Shown piece after piece: positions 1 to 13,598 of a stretch of 64,000 nt of DNA; the stretch's first letter is position 1, and the number at the start of each line of letters is the position of its first letter. Under the pieces are notes generated by a model. The model was not told the origin of the DNA and ran no database searches. It saw nothing but the letters and a program-made list of their open reading frames with translations. This DNA is from the human T2T-CHM13v2.0 reference genome, Homo sapiens. Location of the stretch: the NCBI RefSeq assembly GCF_009914755.1, contig NC_060937.1, one strand, 5' to 3'. The position numbers and the translations under genes were made by a program.

Positions 1-750
1 ATGCAGAATGGAGGAACTATGAAAGTGTGGCTTCTTCCACTTAGGTTTCAAAGGAAGTTGTGAACTTCCTGGAAGCCCAGGCAGCAACCTGCCACAGGAA
101 AAGAGTTACTGCAAAGAGCCCTTACTAGGGCAATGCCGAGCAGAAGTATGGATTAGGAGCTGCCACAGAGAGTCCCCACTAGGGAAATGGGACCCATGGA
201 AATTAGTTCATTCCCAAGAACACAGAACCATAGGGCTGTCAGCATGTAACTTCTGCCTAGGAAGCTGCAGGTATCAGACTCCAACCTGTGAGAGTTACTG
301 GGTGGACTTACCCAACAAAACCATAGGGTAGGGGCTGCCTGAAGCTTTAGGGGCCTAAGCCTCCAGTCTGACCAGGACGTAAGACATGAAGTCAAAGGAA
401 ATGATTCCTGAGCTTTAAGACTTAATGTTGTTTTCCTTGTTGGATTTTAGGCTTATTTAGGACAAGTTACACCTTTTGTTCTTGCCTAATTTTTTTTTAA
501 TCTGGAATGGGAGTGTCTATTGTGTGCCTGTCCCCACCATTGTATTTTGGAAGTAGATAAGTTATTTTGATTTCACAGGCTATGGCTGGAGGGGATTTGC
601 CTCAGGATGAATGGTGCTGTGAGTTTTATTCATATCTGATTTAGACAAGACTCTTCTGAAACAAGTTAAGAGTTTTGGGGATATTGGAATTGAATGAATG
701 TATTTTGTATGTAAGAAATGCATGAGTTTTGGGGGGTAGAAGGGGCAGAA
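1..750 (+). mobile_element. ERVL-MaLR internal region (MST-int-like), 3' part, cut by the window start
   Basis: Similar to MaLR internal consensus (ccacagagagtccccact, gagctttaagacttaatg, cattgtattttggaag). Ends in a purine-rich PPT (ggggggtagaaggggcagaa) immediately before an LTR. Confidence 0.85.
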
Positions 751-1122
751 TCCTATGGTTTGAATGTCTCCTCCCAAACTTATGTTGAAGTTTAATTGCC
801 ATTGTAACAATGTTGAAAGGGAGGCTTTAAGACACGATTAGGTGATAAGGGCTGTGCCCTTATGAATGAATTAATGTCGTGCTAGTTATTGTGAGAGTGA
901 GTTTCTGATAAAAGACTAAGTTTGTCCTCCATTTCCTTCATTTTTCTTATGTGCTAGCTTGCTCTTCAGTCATGGAATCCTGCAGCAAGAAGGCCTTAAC
1001 CAGATGACAGCATCATGCTCTTGGACTTTCCAGACTCCAAAACCATGAGCCAAAATAAATTTATTTTATAAATTACCTAGTTTGTAGAATTCTGGTATAG
1101 CAGCAGGAAACATACTAAGACA
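751..1122 (+). mobile_element. MaLR 3' LTR (MSTC/MSTD-like)
   Basis: Starts t(c)ctatggtttgaatgt, contains gcagcaagaaggcc...ttggactttccagactcca and aataaa, ends actaagaca. Confidence 0.85.
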
Positions 1123-1369
1123 ACTAAGTCATCGTATGTATATACTCTCTAGTCTAGAGCTGAATGTTCTAGAAGATTCCATTGGTATTTTAGGTATATT
1201 TTCATTATGAAATATTGTTTTACAGTCATTTGCTAGATGCCAGGGAGAATGTGCTAGATACTAAGTTCAACTGAAACTATGGATCACCTTCCAAAATATT
1301 TTCATTATGATCTATATGTCTAAACTAAGTATTCTCTAGATAAACATCTTATTTGTATAAATTTTAAGC

Positions 1370-1635
1370 CCTGTCTATGCACCAGGTGATTTTTAACAAC
1401 TTTCCATTAGGCAATTTATTCAAATTCTCACAGGGTCTCTCTTATAACGTTTAGAGTAGATACCATTATTAGTATATACCTCTACATACCTGAATACCTC
1501 CATTTCAAGATATACTCTATAATTTATCTTTGTAATATATACAGAAACTCAAGATTAGAGAACATATGCAAATTGCTTATGTATACCTCCATAATTATAC
1601 AATTGATAGGACCTGGATTTGACCCTGTGAAATCT
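1370..1635 (-). mobile_element. Highly degenerate MIR SINE
   Basis: Weak similarity to the MIR reverse complement (acagaaactcaagattagag...cctggatttgaccc). Confidence 0.35.
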
Positions 1636-2274
1636 CTTCAATAGGAGAACTCCACATTCAGAGTTCTCTCAAACTACATTGTATCAACCTTTTTACATTG
1701 TAAATATTGAGACTATATTAATTCTACTAGAAAAGCTTTATGGATAGGAGTATCTTCCTCTATATCCTATGTTTATAATTTGTGTATTTCTAACTAGTTT
1801 GGAAACATTGTACATGAACTTTTGATTTGATCATTTCCATTATAAGAGTTGTACGTTTTTCATTTTCTCTTTAATGTTTCCTCACAATGGCTTATATATA
1901 ATACCTTATCACTGTGCATTATAACATCAAAATGAAGCCAGAAAACATATTACTTAAAATAATAAAAGTCAAATCTACTTAATCAAAATTTTATTGTTGG
2001 GCGGATAAATTTTCCTCTTTCCCAATCATTAAATTCAACTTTTATTTATAAATGCAATAAATGGATTCATGTGGAGAAAAATAAACACTAGTAACGAAGA
2101 ATTATTCTTAACAATACTGATTTAAATTTTGCATTTGAAACATCTATTTTATGTTAGTGATAAGAATCTATTATTTAAAAGCATCATTGACAATTCTCTG
2201 AAGGTCACGTTTTTTGGCGAATCTATTTACAATATCTGAAAGTTTCCTCCAATAATTCCAAGACCAGATGAAAA

Positions 2275-3120
2275 CAGTCGTGCACAGCATGACAACATTC
2301 AATGACAGACTGCATTTATGATAGTGGTCCCGTAAGTTCATAATGGTGCTGAAAAATTGCCAGCACCTAGTGATGTCTTAGACCTTTCAGATAAGATGTG
2401 GGAGTAGAAGAGAGTGACATTGATGATTCTGGCCCTGGTAGGCCTTGGTTAACGTGTGTGTTTGTGTCTTAGTTTTAATAAAAAAGTGTAAATAATTAAT
2501 TAAAATACAAAAAAGGCTAAAGAATAAGAATATAATGAAATATAATATTTTGTACAGGTGTTAACGTGCTTGTGTTTTAAGCTGTGTTATTACAAAAGGG
2601 TCAAAAACTTAAAAAGTCTGTAAGGTAGAAAAGTTTCAGTAAGGTGAGTTTAATTTGTTGCTGAAGAAAGTATCATATTCTTTTATAATTTAATGCAGCC
2701 TAAACAATAAATAAAGTGTTTATAAAGTCTCCAGTAATGTACAGTAGTGCCTTGGGTTTCCACATTCACTCACCATGAACTCACTGACTCATCCTGAGCA
2801 ACGTGCAGTTCTGCAAGCTTCATTCGTAAGTGCCCTATACAAGTGTGCCATTTTTATCACTTACACTATAATTTTACTCTACGTTTTTATGTTTAGACAC
2901 ACAAATTGTGTTACAATTACCTACAGTATACAGTATAGTAACATACTGTACATATTTATAAACTAGAAGCAATAGGCTATACTATATACCGTAAGTGTGT
3001 AGTAAGCTATAGCATCTACATTTGTAGAAGTACACTCTATGATATTCACAACACAAAGATAAAATTGCCTAACCACGCATTTCTTAAAATGTATTCCTAC
3101 AGTAAAGCAAGACTGGCCTG
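2275..3120 (+). mobile_element. Tigger3-family (Tigger3b/c, TcMar) non-autonomous DNA transposon
   Basis: The start cagtcgtgcacagcatgacaac...atagtggtcccgtaag...gctgaaaaatt and the end ctatgatattcaca...cgcatttcttaaaatgtattcc match recalled Tigger3 termini. Confidence 0.8.
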
Positions 3121-3240
3121 TCGGTAGGTAGGTAGGTAGACAGATGGAGATATGCATACACAAACATTTACAATGGTGATTATATTAAAATGTTTCACTT
3201 AAAATTGAGACTAAATAATAAAGCTCAGATAATTTCAAAT

Positions 3241-3372
3241 TTTTTTATTCTGTGGGATGTTCTGAAATTCCACTATGTTGCCCAGGTTGGCCTCCTACTT
3301 TTGAGTTCAAGCGATCCTCCTGTCTGGCCTCCCAAAATGCTGGGACTACAGGTGTGAGGCACCTCCCCAGCT
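3241..3372 (-). mobile_element. Alu monomer (FLAM-like)
   Basis: cactatgttgcccagg...caagcgatcctcc...gcctcccaaaatgctgggactacagg; a single arm only. Confidence 0.75.
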
Positions 3373-3870
3373 GTGTTTTTCTTTTTTTTTATTTTTTATT
3401 TGTAGTTTTCTGCATTGCTTACTTTCTTTATAGTAAACATGTGCTTTTTACACAACATATAAAGTATAATTTCACAGAATAAGATAATAGTCATGAGAGA
3501 CACATGCTGTGGAATACCAAAGAAAAAAATAGATAATCACAAGTCACTTAGGGAAGACCCCGAGCACAGAGTGCCATTTGTCAGAGAACACAAAAGATGG
3601 TGAAGAATTTTATGGACTGGAATGTCACAGAGAGTTAAAATATTTGCAAGCTTTTTTAACGGGATAAAAATTGGTTTTTGGTGTGTACTGTCCTTAAAAC
3701 TTTGTGGTGAATGAACTGAAATATAAAATGACTTCTTACCTGAATGGTAATATAAAATGGTTTCTTATTCCTTATAATATAGTTAATAAAGACTTGGATT
3801 TGGGGCCTAGAGATGAGACGACTAAGATAAGTTAACTGAATTCATTTAAAAATATTAGAAGAACCTTTTA

Positions 3871-4227
3871 TGTAAAAGGGAGTGTAATGGTAGGCTGCCT
3901 AGATACCCCATCATTTCCCAGTTGCTTGGAATGTTGGCTTAGGACAGTTTGCAGGTGAATTGCCTTTGAGGGCAGCCTGTATCCAATGATAACCCAGTTT
4001 TCTTGCATCAACTCAGAATAATTCTGAATAGCCAGCCAAGCTAGAGGTCTTCCCACAGGTTCGCTACAGCCTCTGTTACAACTACATTGCCGTTCAACTT
4101 CTCCTTCCGCTCATCCTATTTTTCTCACTTCTTCAAAAGTGTGAGTTCTGAGACTATTCCCCCAATAAACTGCCTGAATGTAAATCTCTCTTTATAGTTT
4201 GTTTCCTGAGGAACTCAACCTATGACA
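3871..4227 (+). mobile_element. LTR16C-like ERV-L LTR
   Basis: gggcagcctgtatccaatga, gttcaacttctcc, cccaataaac poly(A) signal, ends gaactcaacctatgaca. Confidence 0.75.
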
Positions 4228-5730
4228 ATTGGTACTGAGGTCATTCTAGGAATGCCATCCTAGGAAGCTGACTCTAAAATGCAGCTTTGCACCTGGGTAA
4301 CCAATAATCTGGGTAAGAATATGGTCTTTGTTATGGCAGGTGCTATATTTGTAGTTCCTTTCATACTAAACTGGTTGGTTAAATTTTCACCAGAAGAAGA
4401 ATAAACATGTAAGGATGTAATTTCAGATCACCAACTGAAATTAATGGGGGAAAGTCAGAGAGCCTCTATAACAATATAGAGTCATGTTTTGCAAGCAGAG
4501 GACAAAGCAGCAGAGAGACAGCCCCAAGACTTAATTATAAGGTGATCAGAACTCCAAAAGAGGTTGCCTTTCCAACGCTGACAAATCTGCTACATCAAGA
4601 TCAGTGCTGTAACTGAGAAGGAGGGAGACCCTGAGATTTAGCATTTGGGTTGATTCTTTTGGAAATTTTGAATTCTGATACTCCACTAAACCCTCTGGGT
4701 CTGCAGAAGTGGTCCACTCCTTCCTATTAGAATTTAGAAATGGTCTCTCTTCTCATGCTTAAAAGTAATGCAGAAGTCTTTACTTTTCAAGACAACATTC
4801 ACCATCCTCAGGATATGGCTTATCGTTTTTCCTGGACAACAGATTATATCACAACACAACTCAACTTTGAAAGTGCTTGGTCTGGTAAAAGGGGAAGTAA
4901 CCATATGCGAAAGGAGTGCATGACTTATGAAACACATCAACTTTTCACAAACCAAGGGAATACGTAAGGATCCGGATGCTAAAGATTCTGGATTAAGGAC
5001 AACAGGCAATAATCTTGAACAATAAAGTTTATTCATATGGGAGCACCCTCCCTTAATAGAGAATTTAAAACTCTGGCAAGACGATGGGAGGCAATGCTAA
5101 ATTTGACTTTGGGAAGATTGGAAAAAGTCATGAGTTATGCAACCGAAACCACAGAGACCAGAACTTCCATGAAAAAGTTTGGAAAAAGAGAATGTAGGCT
5201 TGGAGAAGTGAGTATATTAGAGTGATATAGTACATTCAAACTATTCATCTGTTTACTATATGACCTTCTTTGAGAAGGTAAACTTATCAAAATATCATGG
5301 AATGCACCAGTGAGAGGTCACCAGCTTCGTACAGAAGTTAAGAGGTAGCTACCTTTTGTATGCAAGAGCTGAAAGTAAGAGAGGCTGTGATAGTACTAGG
5401 TATTTCAATAGTATCAGTGTTAAGAGGATTCCAAAATATAGAAGTCAGGGGGCATTTAAAAACACAGAATAAAGGCTGGTGTACTTCCCATAATGGGCAG
5501 CAAAGTCACTGTGACATCTAAAAGTCTGACTTCCAAAAACTAAGAGATAGGACAGAGATGTAGAGAACCACAATTTGGGGGACAAACAAGGGTATTACCT
5601 AATTTATACAATCAAAAGAAATCAATGATCAATGATGAATGATGAAGTGTCTTGGAGACGCCACTTCAAAGAAAAGTGGTCATTTATTATCTGATTTCTA
5701 CCTGTGAGCCAATTCTCCATTGAGTGATAG
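4228..5730 (+). mobile_element. ERV3-16A3-like (ERV-L) internal region, degenerate leader and gag
   Basis: Begins attggtac directly after the LTR16. Contains ERV-L gag-like stretches (gccccaagacttaattataagg, gggagaccctgagat, ccctctgggtctgcagaagtgg). The 3' boundary is approximate. Confidence 0.6.
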
Positions 5731-6791
5731 AAAGGCTGCTTTAAAAGAAAGTATTGATAATAAAAATGTACCATCAAAAAACATTTATAAAACTGAATAG
5801 ACAAATATAGGTGAATAATTGTCCAGCAAGTCTGTGTCCAGAGGATAAAAAGGGGTCTTTATGAGGACCAGTTGGTGTGACCTGTCAGATCATTGATTCT
5901 ACTTACACATGCCTTTAAGGGTTCTACCCTACATTAGTAGGACATGTAATATTTGTTTTACTGATGAATGTGATAAAAAAAGATCACAAACTTGATAGAA
6001 GCTGCCAAAGACAATGGACCAAATAAATCCTAAGGGAAACTGAACATAGCATGTTATTGTACTCAGAACAAAGGAACTCAAGAGTCACAGTTGAAGCTTT
6101 GTTATAGTTACAGAAGAGCAGCCATGGGCAAACCTTTTAATAGTAAGAATTCTAAGTTTCTGTTTTACATACAATGTTTATTGGTAACTGCGGATATTCT
6201 GAGAACCCTGAATCCCAGGGCTGAATGGAGACAAAAAGAAATTATGTAGAATAAAATCTCAACATTAGCCCTGAAATAGCTATAAGATTTTATCAACCCT
6301 TCTGTAAAAATGATTGGTAATTCGAGAGTACCATGCATTTACATGGTAAAGAGGAAGGTTTTAGAATGTACAGGCTGGCTTTTAAACCTTAGTGTTATCA
6401 AAAAGCATATGACCTTAATCAAGATTGTTAGCCTCATTTATAAAATGTAATAACAATACATACTTGTAGAGGGAAGTTTTGAATGCACACACGTCAAGTG
6501 ACTTGGACTATTTTTCTAGTTAAAGTTCGGGTCCTCAGGAAAGGGCCATGCCAACCAGGAGAACTTGATCTCATTCCCATTCCCAAGGGAATATAGGAAT
6601 ATAGAGTTTGTTGGTTTAAAGATAATCTCAGTCTCCCTTGTTAGTGATTAGTTAATGATGGGGCATTTTATACAACTTGAACCAAGTAGTCATGGTGAGA
6701 AAATGGCAGGATGTTCCAGAGTAAGAAAGTCTCTGGGGTTCTACTTGGAAAGCTCTCCAAGCTGATTTCTCTTTTCTCTTCTTCATATTAG

Positions 6792-7597
6792 TGATATGGG
6801 AGGGGGGCAGGGAAGTGCTGGGTAGAGAAGGGCAGGGTACTTGGCAAGGGCTCCAGCCTCGGGCCTGTGCCCACGGACCTAAGTGAGGAGAGGCACTCCT
6901 GCTTTCACGCCCAAATGTTGCATTTTTCGAGACCACTCTGGCCCAGCACACCCCACATCCTGTGCCTATAAAAACACCAAGACCTTAGTGGGCACACGCA
7001 CAAATGACTGGACATTGAGAGGAACACACTGGCAGAAGAACACACCGACAGATGCCAGCAGGTCATCTATGGCAAAACAATGCGGACACTGAGGGAAATG
7101 TGGTCGAGGGCAGTTGGAGGAGAGCCTGGCTGCTGAGCAGCCGGAGTCCAGGGGAAGACCACCTTCCCACTCCCTCCTCCTTCTGGCTACCCATCCATCT
7201 GCTAAGAGCTAGTTCCACTACTCAAAAAACCTTGCACTCAATCTCCAAGCCCAGGAGGGATCTGAAAGTTTTGGTACATGAGGGCAAGAACCCTGGGATA
7301 GAGAAAGCCCTCTTTCCTTGCGATAAGGCAGAGGGCCTAATTGAGCTGATTAACACAAGCTGCCTGTGGGCAGCTAGGCTGAAAGGGCAGTGTAACACAC
7401 GCCCGCTGGGGCTTCGGGAGCTGTAACCACTCAACCCTAGAGGCTGCTGTGCGGTTGGAGCCCCCAAAAAAACGCTCCCCAAGACCTACTGATATGCATG
7501 CACCCCCTGGGGGTTTGAGCTATGGGGCACCAAAGAAGCGAGCCACACCCTCGTCACATGCCCTGTAAGAGGGATGGGGAAAACTCCTCCCATTTTA
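6792..7597 (+). mobile_element. LTR1-family (LTR1B/D-like, ERV1) solo LTR
   Basis: Starts tgatatgggaggggggcagggaagtgctgggtagagaagggc. TATAAAAA at 6967-6974. GC-rich. 4-bp TSD TTAG at 6788-6791 and 7598-7601. Confidence 0.85.
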
Positions 7598-7856
7598 TTA
7601 GGAGATGTGATGCTAAAGTCAATTGCACACATTTCCTTATCAAATTGACAAGTGAGAAAAGATAAGATACACTCACATGTAGAGTTTGAAAGCCTGAATT
7701 ACGTCAATTCTGAAATCTCTAGACTTGGGTTTTGAGAAAATTTATTTTATTGTTTAACTCAGTTTTTCCCCCTATTGCCAGCTGCCAAAAATATCTAGGG
7801 TAGCTTACAAAGTTATGAGAACCAAAAGTAATAATGAATAGAACATAGTAATAGTA

Positions 7857-8207
<351 letters not shown>

Positions 8208-8702
8208 TTAATTAGTATTCAATAATGGGAAAACACGTATCTGTGTTCCCTCTCAGTTCAGTCACTAAACATAATACTTGCTTTTTCTTTAATCTTAATG
8301 AAACTGACTACATTTTTGTTAGACATTCAGGGTTATTTCTATTCATATTGCCTATACTGTTTTATAACCCTTTTGATTATTTTTATCTTTGGTCGGTATA
8401 CATTCTAATGTAGCAATGTAGTTGCATGTATTTCTTTAATATTATTTTTTCTATTATTCCTTTTTCCTATTCTGGGTTGATTTATATATATATATAGTGT
8501 ATATTTTTATAGTTAATATTTAGAATTTAATACAGGTATCTGAAAAACTCTAAAATCAATTAATATCCCATACCTGACAGCGCAAAGTTGTTGAAACTCT
8601 ACAATCTGATAACCCTTACTTGACATGTTGTTATTTCTGTGTATTTATTTTCACCTTGATCTATAGTCACAGAATTAGATACTAATGTTGTTTTTAATAT
8701 AC

Positions 8703-10040
8703 TTTTTAATTATGGTTAAGCATACATTACATAAAATTTAACATTTTTGTTATTTTTAAGTGCATAGTTCAGTGGCATTAATTATATTCCATTATGGTGA
8801 AACCATTACCACTATCCAATTCTGAAAAAAATGTTCAGCATTCCTGCTGTGGTTTTAATATGTCTCTTAAAAATTCCTATGTCTAAGTCTAAGACCCAAT
8901 GTAGTAGTAGTAAGAGGTGGAGCCTTTAAGAAGTGATTAAATCATGAAGACATACTCTGAGATTAGTATCCCTGTAGAAGGGCTCCAAGGAACTACTTAG
9001 GCCCTTGAGCACTTCCATCTGTTCTGCCATGTGAGTACACAGAACAAAGTTCCTCACTACACAACAATGCCAGCACCTTCATCTTGGACTCCCCGGCCTC
9101 CAGAACTATAAAAATTAAATTTCTATTGTCTACCATTCTAAGATATTCTGTTAGAGCATAATAAACAGACTCAGACAATTCCCACTAAAAATCTTTACTC
9201 ATTAAATAACTCCTCATCCATCCATTCTCCCATACCTTCATATTTTCTATTATGCATTGTAATCTATAGAATTTGCTTATTCTAGATATATCATGTAAGT
9301 AGAATCATGCAATATTTGGCCTTCTGTATATCTTTTTTTAAAAAATTTTTCCTAGGTTAATGTTTTCAAGGTTCATCCATGTTGTAGCATATAGCAAAAT
9401 TTCATTCTTATCAAAAGGCTAAATAATGTTTCATTGTATGTAAGTGCTACATTATGTTTATTCATCTATTGATGGACAGTTGGGTGGTCTCCACTTTTGG
9501 CTATTGTCAATAATGCTGCTATAAACATTGGTGTATCTGTTTGGGTCCCGCTTTCTATAGTTATAAGTGTGTAATTATAAGTGGAATTATTGAATCATGT
9601 AACTGCTGAACTGTCTGAGGAATAGCTGTGTTTTCTTCCATAGAAGTTGCCTTACATTCATGCCAGCAATGCATCAGGGTTCAAATTTTTTCAAATCTTA
9701 CTGACATTAGTTATTTTCCGTTTTTCTTTCCTTTTTTTCTTTTTTATTCCTCTGTCTCTCTCTCTCTTTCTCTGTCACTCTCTCAATAGCCTCCTAATGG
9801 ATGTGAAGTGGTACCTCATCATGGTTTTGATTTGCATTTGTCTAATGACGAGTGATGTTGACTATATTTTTATATGTTGTTTTTATTGTTCGTTTGTATA
9901 TCTTCTTTGGATAAATGGATATTGAAGTCTTTTGTACATTTTATTCTGAATATTAGTTTTTCATCAAATAGACTATATAAAATATTTTCTCCCATTTGGT
10001 GCATTATCTTTCCACTCTATTGATAATGTTTAATATACTT
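8703..10040 (-). mobile_element. L1MB-like LINE-1 3' end, interrupted by a MaLR LTR
   Basis: Reverse L1M 3'UTR/ORF2-end motifs (acataaaatttaac, gttcagtggcatta, gttttcaaggttcatccatgttgtagcat, gtggtacctcatcatggttttgatttgcatt). Confidence 0.8.
8845..9177 (+). mobile_element. MaLR solo LTR (MLT1A/MSTC-like) nested in L1
   Basis: tgctgtggtttta...gccagcaccttcatcttggactcccc...cagactcagaca. 5-bp TSD ATTCC at 8840-8844 and 9178-9182. Confidence 0.85.
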
Positions 10041-10189
10041 TTAATGGTCAAATATTTGATAAATTAACGAAGTATTCTATTTGTTTTGTTTCCTTCCTGT
10101 TTAATTGATCTCACTCTTAGCTTCTTGTGTCAATTTTTTTAAAACTTGAAATCAACCTTTTAGTAGTAGTAGTAGTAGTATTTAAAATA

Positions 10190-10900
10190 GCTAATTAGTA
10201 GAAATTTATCTGAGTAGCTTTTTATCTGGGTGCCTTTATTTTATCCTAGTTTTAATGATAATTTACCCAGGAATAGAACACTACATTGGCAATTATTTAT
10301 CTCACAGAATTTGAAGATGACATTATATTGCTTCTGAAAAGTCTTATCTTTGATTGTTGGCATTTCTTTATATTAAAAATATCTTTTTATCCTCTGGATA
10401 GATTTAAAGTTTTTACCTTGCCACTGCTGTTATGAGCATCCAAAGATATTTGCATAGTTAATAGTATTTTTACTTTTCTGCTTGATATTTTATGTGATTG
10501 AATCAGAAGGATTATAAGATTTCTGAAAAAAAATCAGAAATTATTTCTTCAAATATTGCCTCTTCTGGCTTTTTTTCTAATTATTCTACTGAAAAATCTA
10601 TTAAATACACATTAGAATTTTTTAAGTTTTGTTTCATGATTCTTAAAAACCCTTTCATATGTCTCATCTCTTTTTGTTGTGCATTATAGGCACTTTTTTA
10701 GGTTGTATTTTTTGCTTAATCTGTTATCTGTTTTTTGACTTGGTGATGCCAATGACTTTATTTTTCATGACCAGAAGTTGTACTTCACATTTCCTAAGGC
10801 ATACACTTGCATACCTGCCTTATCTTTTATTTGTAAATGGCATATTTAATTTTAATATATTTATTCTCCTATTGTGTCTCAAATTATATTCAAAATTTCT
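10190..10900 (-). mobile_element. Old L1ME/HAL1-like fragment
   Basis: Degenerate reverse L1M motifs (ttgaagatgacattatattgcttctg, attatttcttcaaatattgcc). Confidence 0.45.
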
Positions 10901-10993
10901 TTAATAGTTTCTTTTTCTTGAGTCCTTTTATAGTTTCTATCCTGCATCTAGATTCAGTGGGTCAAAACCAATGTGAGAACACTGATATGTAGC

Positions 10994-11445
10994 TGTTGCT
11001 AAAACACCAGGGGTTTAGGCTAAGTCCTGATGCTCACTGCACAGAAAGCCAATCACTGAGACAACAAGTATTGCCAAGGAAGAAGGCTTGAATCAGGTGC
11101 TGCAGCCAAGGAGATGGGAAATCAGTCTCAAGTACATCTCCCTAATCAATTAAAATTAAGGCTTTATATGGTAGAAATGTAACTACATGCAGGAAAACAG
11201 GAATTATAGGGGAGAGTGAGGAAGAGGAGTTGGTCAACAGGAAGCAGGTGGTTGGCTAAGCAATCATGATAGGTAAGGTGTCTGGTGTCTCATTGTCCAG
11301 ATGTGGTGATCCAGTAAGTTACAATTCCTTGACACTGTCTGGGATGGCTGATGTTTTCAAGTCTCAATACTTGGAAGGTCAGTTTCTATATTTATTCAAA
11401 ATAAACTATAAACATCAGTTATATGGGATAACTGAGTTGGTTTCA
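10994..11445 (-). mobile_element. ERV1-class (MER4-group) solo LTR, subfamily uncertain
   Basis: TG...CA termini, cacagaaagccaatcactgagacaac, ggtcaacaggaagcaggtgg, tctcattgtccagatg. No clean TSD. Confidence 0.7.
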
Positions 11446-11799
11446 AGGGCATGTCACTCCAAAATTTGAACAAAATATGCATTTAGCACTATGAGAACAG
11501 AGTAATTGGTACTTGTTGCTTCTTGTCACAGATTCACTTACAATAGTAGAAAATTGGTTCCTCAGTAATGTAAAAAGAGTGCCTTTTGGATACGGTGTTA
11601 TCAGAAAGAAGGCAATGAATGGCTGTTGGGTCATGTTGAGAAACTGAAGAGTGGAAGCTCTGGGAAAAGTGAGATAAAAAGTTTTCTTAGAGAAGTAAAC
11701 TTGTCTCTTTTCATTTAACTCATAATTTTCCAATAAAATATGTATCCAGTAAAATAAAATATGTATATATTTCCAATAAAATAATATATATATACATAT

Positions 11800-13598
11800 A
11801 TATATATTCCAGTGGCTTATATTAAATTCACATAGTTTTGCAGTTGTCACCATCATCCAATTTTAAGCACTCCAAAAAGAAGTCTAAAACTATGAGCAGT
11901 CATTTTCAAAACCTCTTCATTTCCAGGCCTGATAACCATTAATCTATTTTCTGTCACTGTAGAATAGCCTAGTTTGGAAATTTATAAGCAGAATTATGCA
12001 ATTTATATTCTACTGTGTGGTTTTCTCCCTTATCAGAACATTTTCAAAGTTCATACAAATTCTAGTATGCATTAGCACCTCATTCCCCTTTTAATTTTAA
12101 ACTAATAAAGAATTGCTGAACATTTTATAAAATGGCTGCATCATTTTACATTTCCACCAGTAGTATATGGGAGCTCAAAACTTCCCTATTTTTATTTTTG
12201 CCTTTTTGTTGAGATGTAAGAGTACTTTGTATATTCTGGCTACAATTTTCTTATTAAACATAGTTATTGCAAATATTTTCTTTCATTCTGTGGGTTATCC
12301 CTTCACTTTTTGGATTGTGTCTATTACAACACAAACTACTTAATTTTGGTAAAGTTTATTTATTTTGATATTATGTTTTCTAATTTGTGCTTTTAATATC
12401 ATATCTAAAAAACCCATTATGTAACCTAAGGTTATGAAGATTTATTTATATGTTTTCTTCTAAGAGTTTTAAAGTTTTCACTCTTACAATACAGTCCATG
12501 TTCCATTTTGGGATAACTTTAATATATGGCATGGTGTTAAACAGCCATCCATTTCCATTATTTTGCATTTGAATTGTTCCAGCATTATTTGTTTGAAAAG
12601 ACTGTAATTTCCCCAGTGAGTTGGCTTGGCACCCTCAAGAAAAATCAATGGGCCATAAATACAAAACTTTATTACCAGATTCTCAATTCTGTTCCATTGA
12701 TTTATATGTCTTTAAGGATTTTGGTATCATAGTCTTCCTGGTTACTGTAGCTTTCTAATGTGCACTGAAATCACAAATATGAGTTCTCCAGCTTTGTTTC
12801 TCTTTTTCAAAATTGTTTGACTACTCTGGGTTCCTGGAATTCATATGTAAATTTTAGGATCAGCTTGCCAATTTCTGCAAAAAAACTTCCAATATTTTGA
12901 TAGGAGTTGTGTAGAGTCTGTAAATTCATTTGGGGAGTATTGCCATTTTAGCAATATTAAGTCTTTTAATCCATAAATATGGGATAGGTTTTTATTTCTT
13001 TGGGACTATAATTTCTTATAACTATGATTTGGAGTTTTCAGTGAACCAGCCCTCAAAGTTTTTTGATAAATTTTTTCATATTTTTTATGAAATCATAAGT
13101 GGAAATATTTTCTTAATTTTGTTTTGAGAGTGTTCATTGGCATGACATAGAAAAGCAACTGATATTTTTAAATTGATACTTTGAATGTAAATTTGATACA
13201 CATTTACTAAGTATAAAAGCTTTTTATGGATTTCTTAAAATTTTCTCCATAAAAGATCATGTTATCTGAAAATAGAGATAAATTTACTTCTTCCTCTCCG
13301 ATGTGTTGACTTTTATTTCTATATCTTGCTTAATTTCTCTGGCTCATACCTTTAGCACATTGTTGAATAGAAGTAGCAAGCATAAACATCCTTGGCTTGT
13401 TCCTGATATTGTATGGAAAGCCTTTGGTTTGTAATTATTAAGTATCTTGTTAACTATGGTTTTGGAGTAGATAACTATCACTATCAAGTTGATAAATGTC
13501 TTACTTTGCTGAAAGTTTTTTTTCATAAAAGAGTGTTTAATTTTGTCAAATGCTCTTTCCACATGTATTGGCATGATAATTTAACTGTTTTTATCCTA
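11800..13598 (-). mobile_element. L1MB-like LINE-1 (3'UTR plus degenerate ORF2 3' half)
   Basis: Continuous reverse L1 ORF2-like sequence (ttttaggatcagcttgccaatttctgcaaaaaa, ttggggagtattgccattttagcaatattaag). ORF 13344-13574 resembles L1 RT (IHVERAFDKIKHSFM...SGTSQGC). Confidence 0.85.

Noticed and set aside
1196-1310. 15-bp direct repeat atattttcattatga 100 bp apart, resembling a TSD
   Set aside because: Very AT-rich, and the enclosed 85 bp has no poly(A) tail or identifiable insert.
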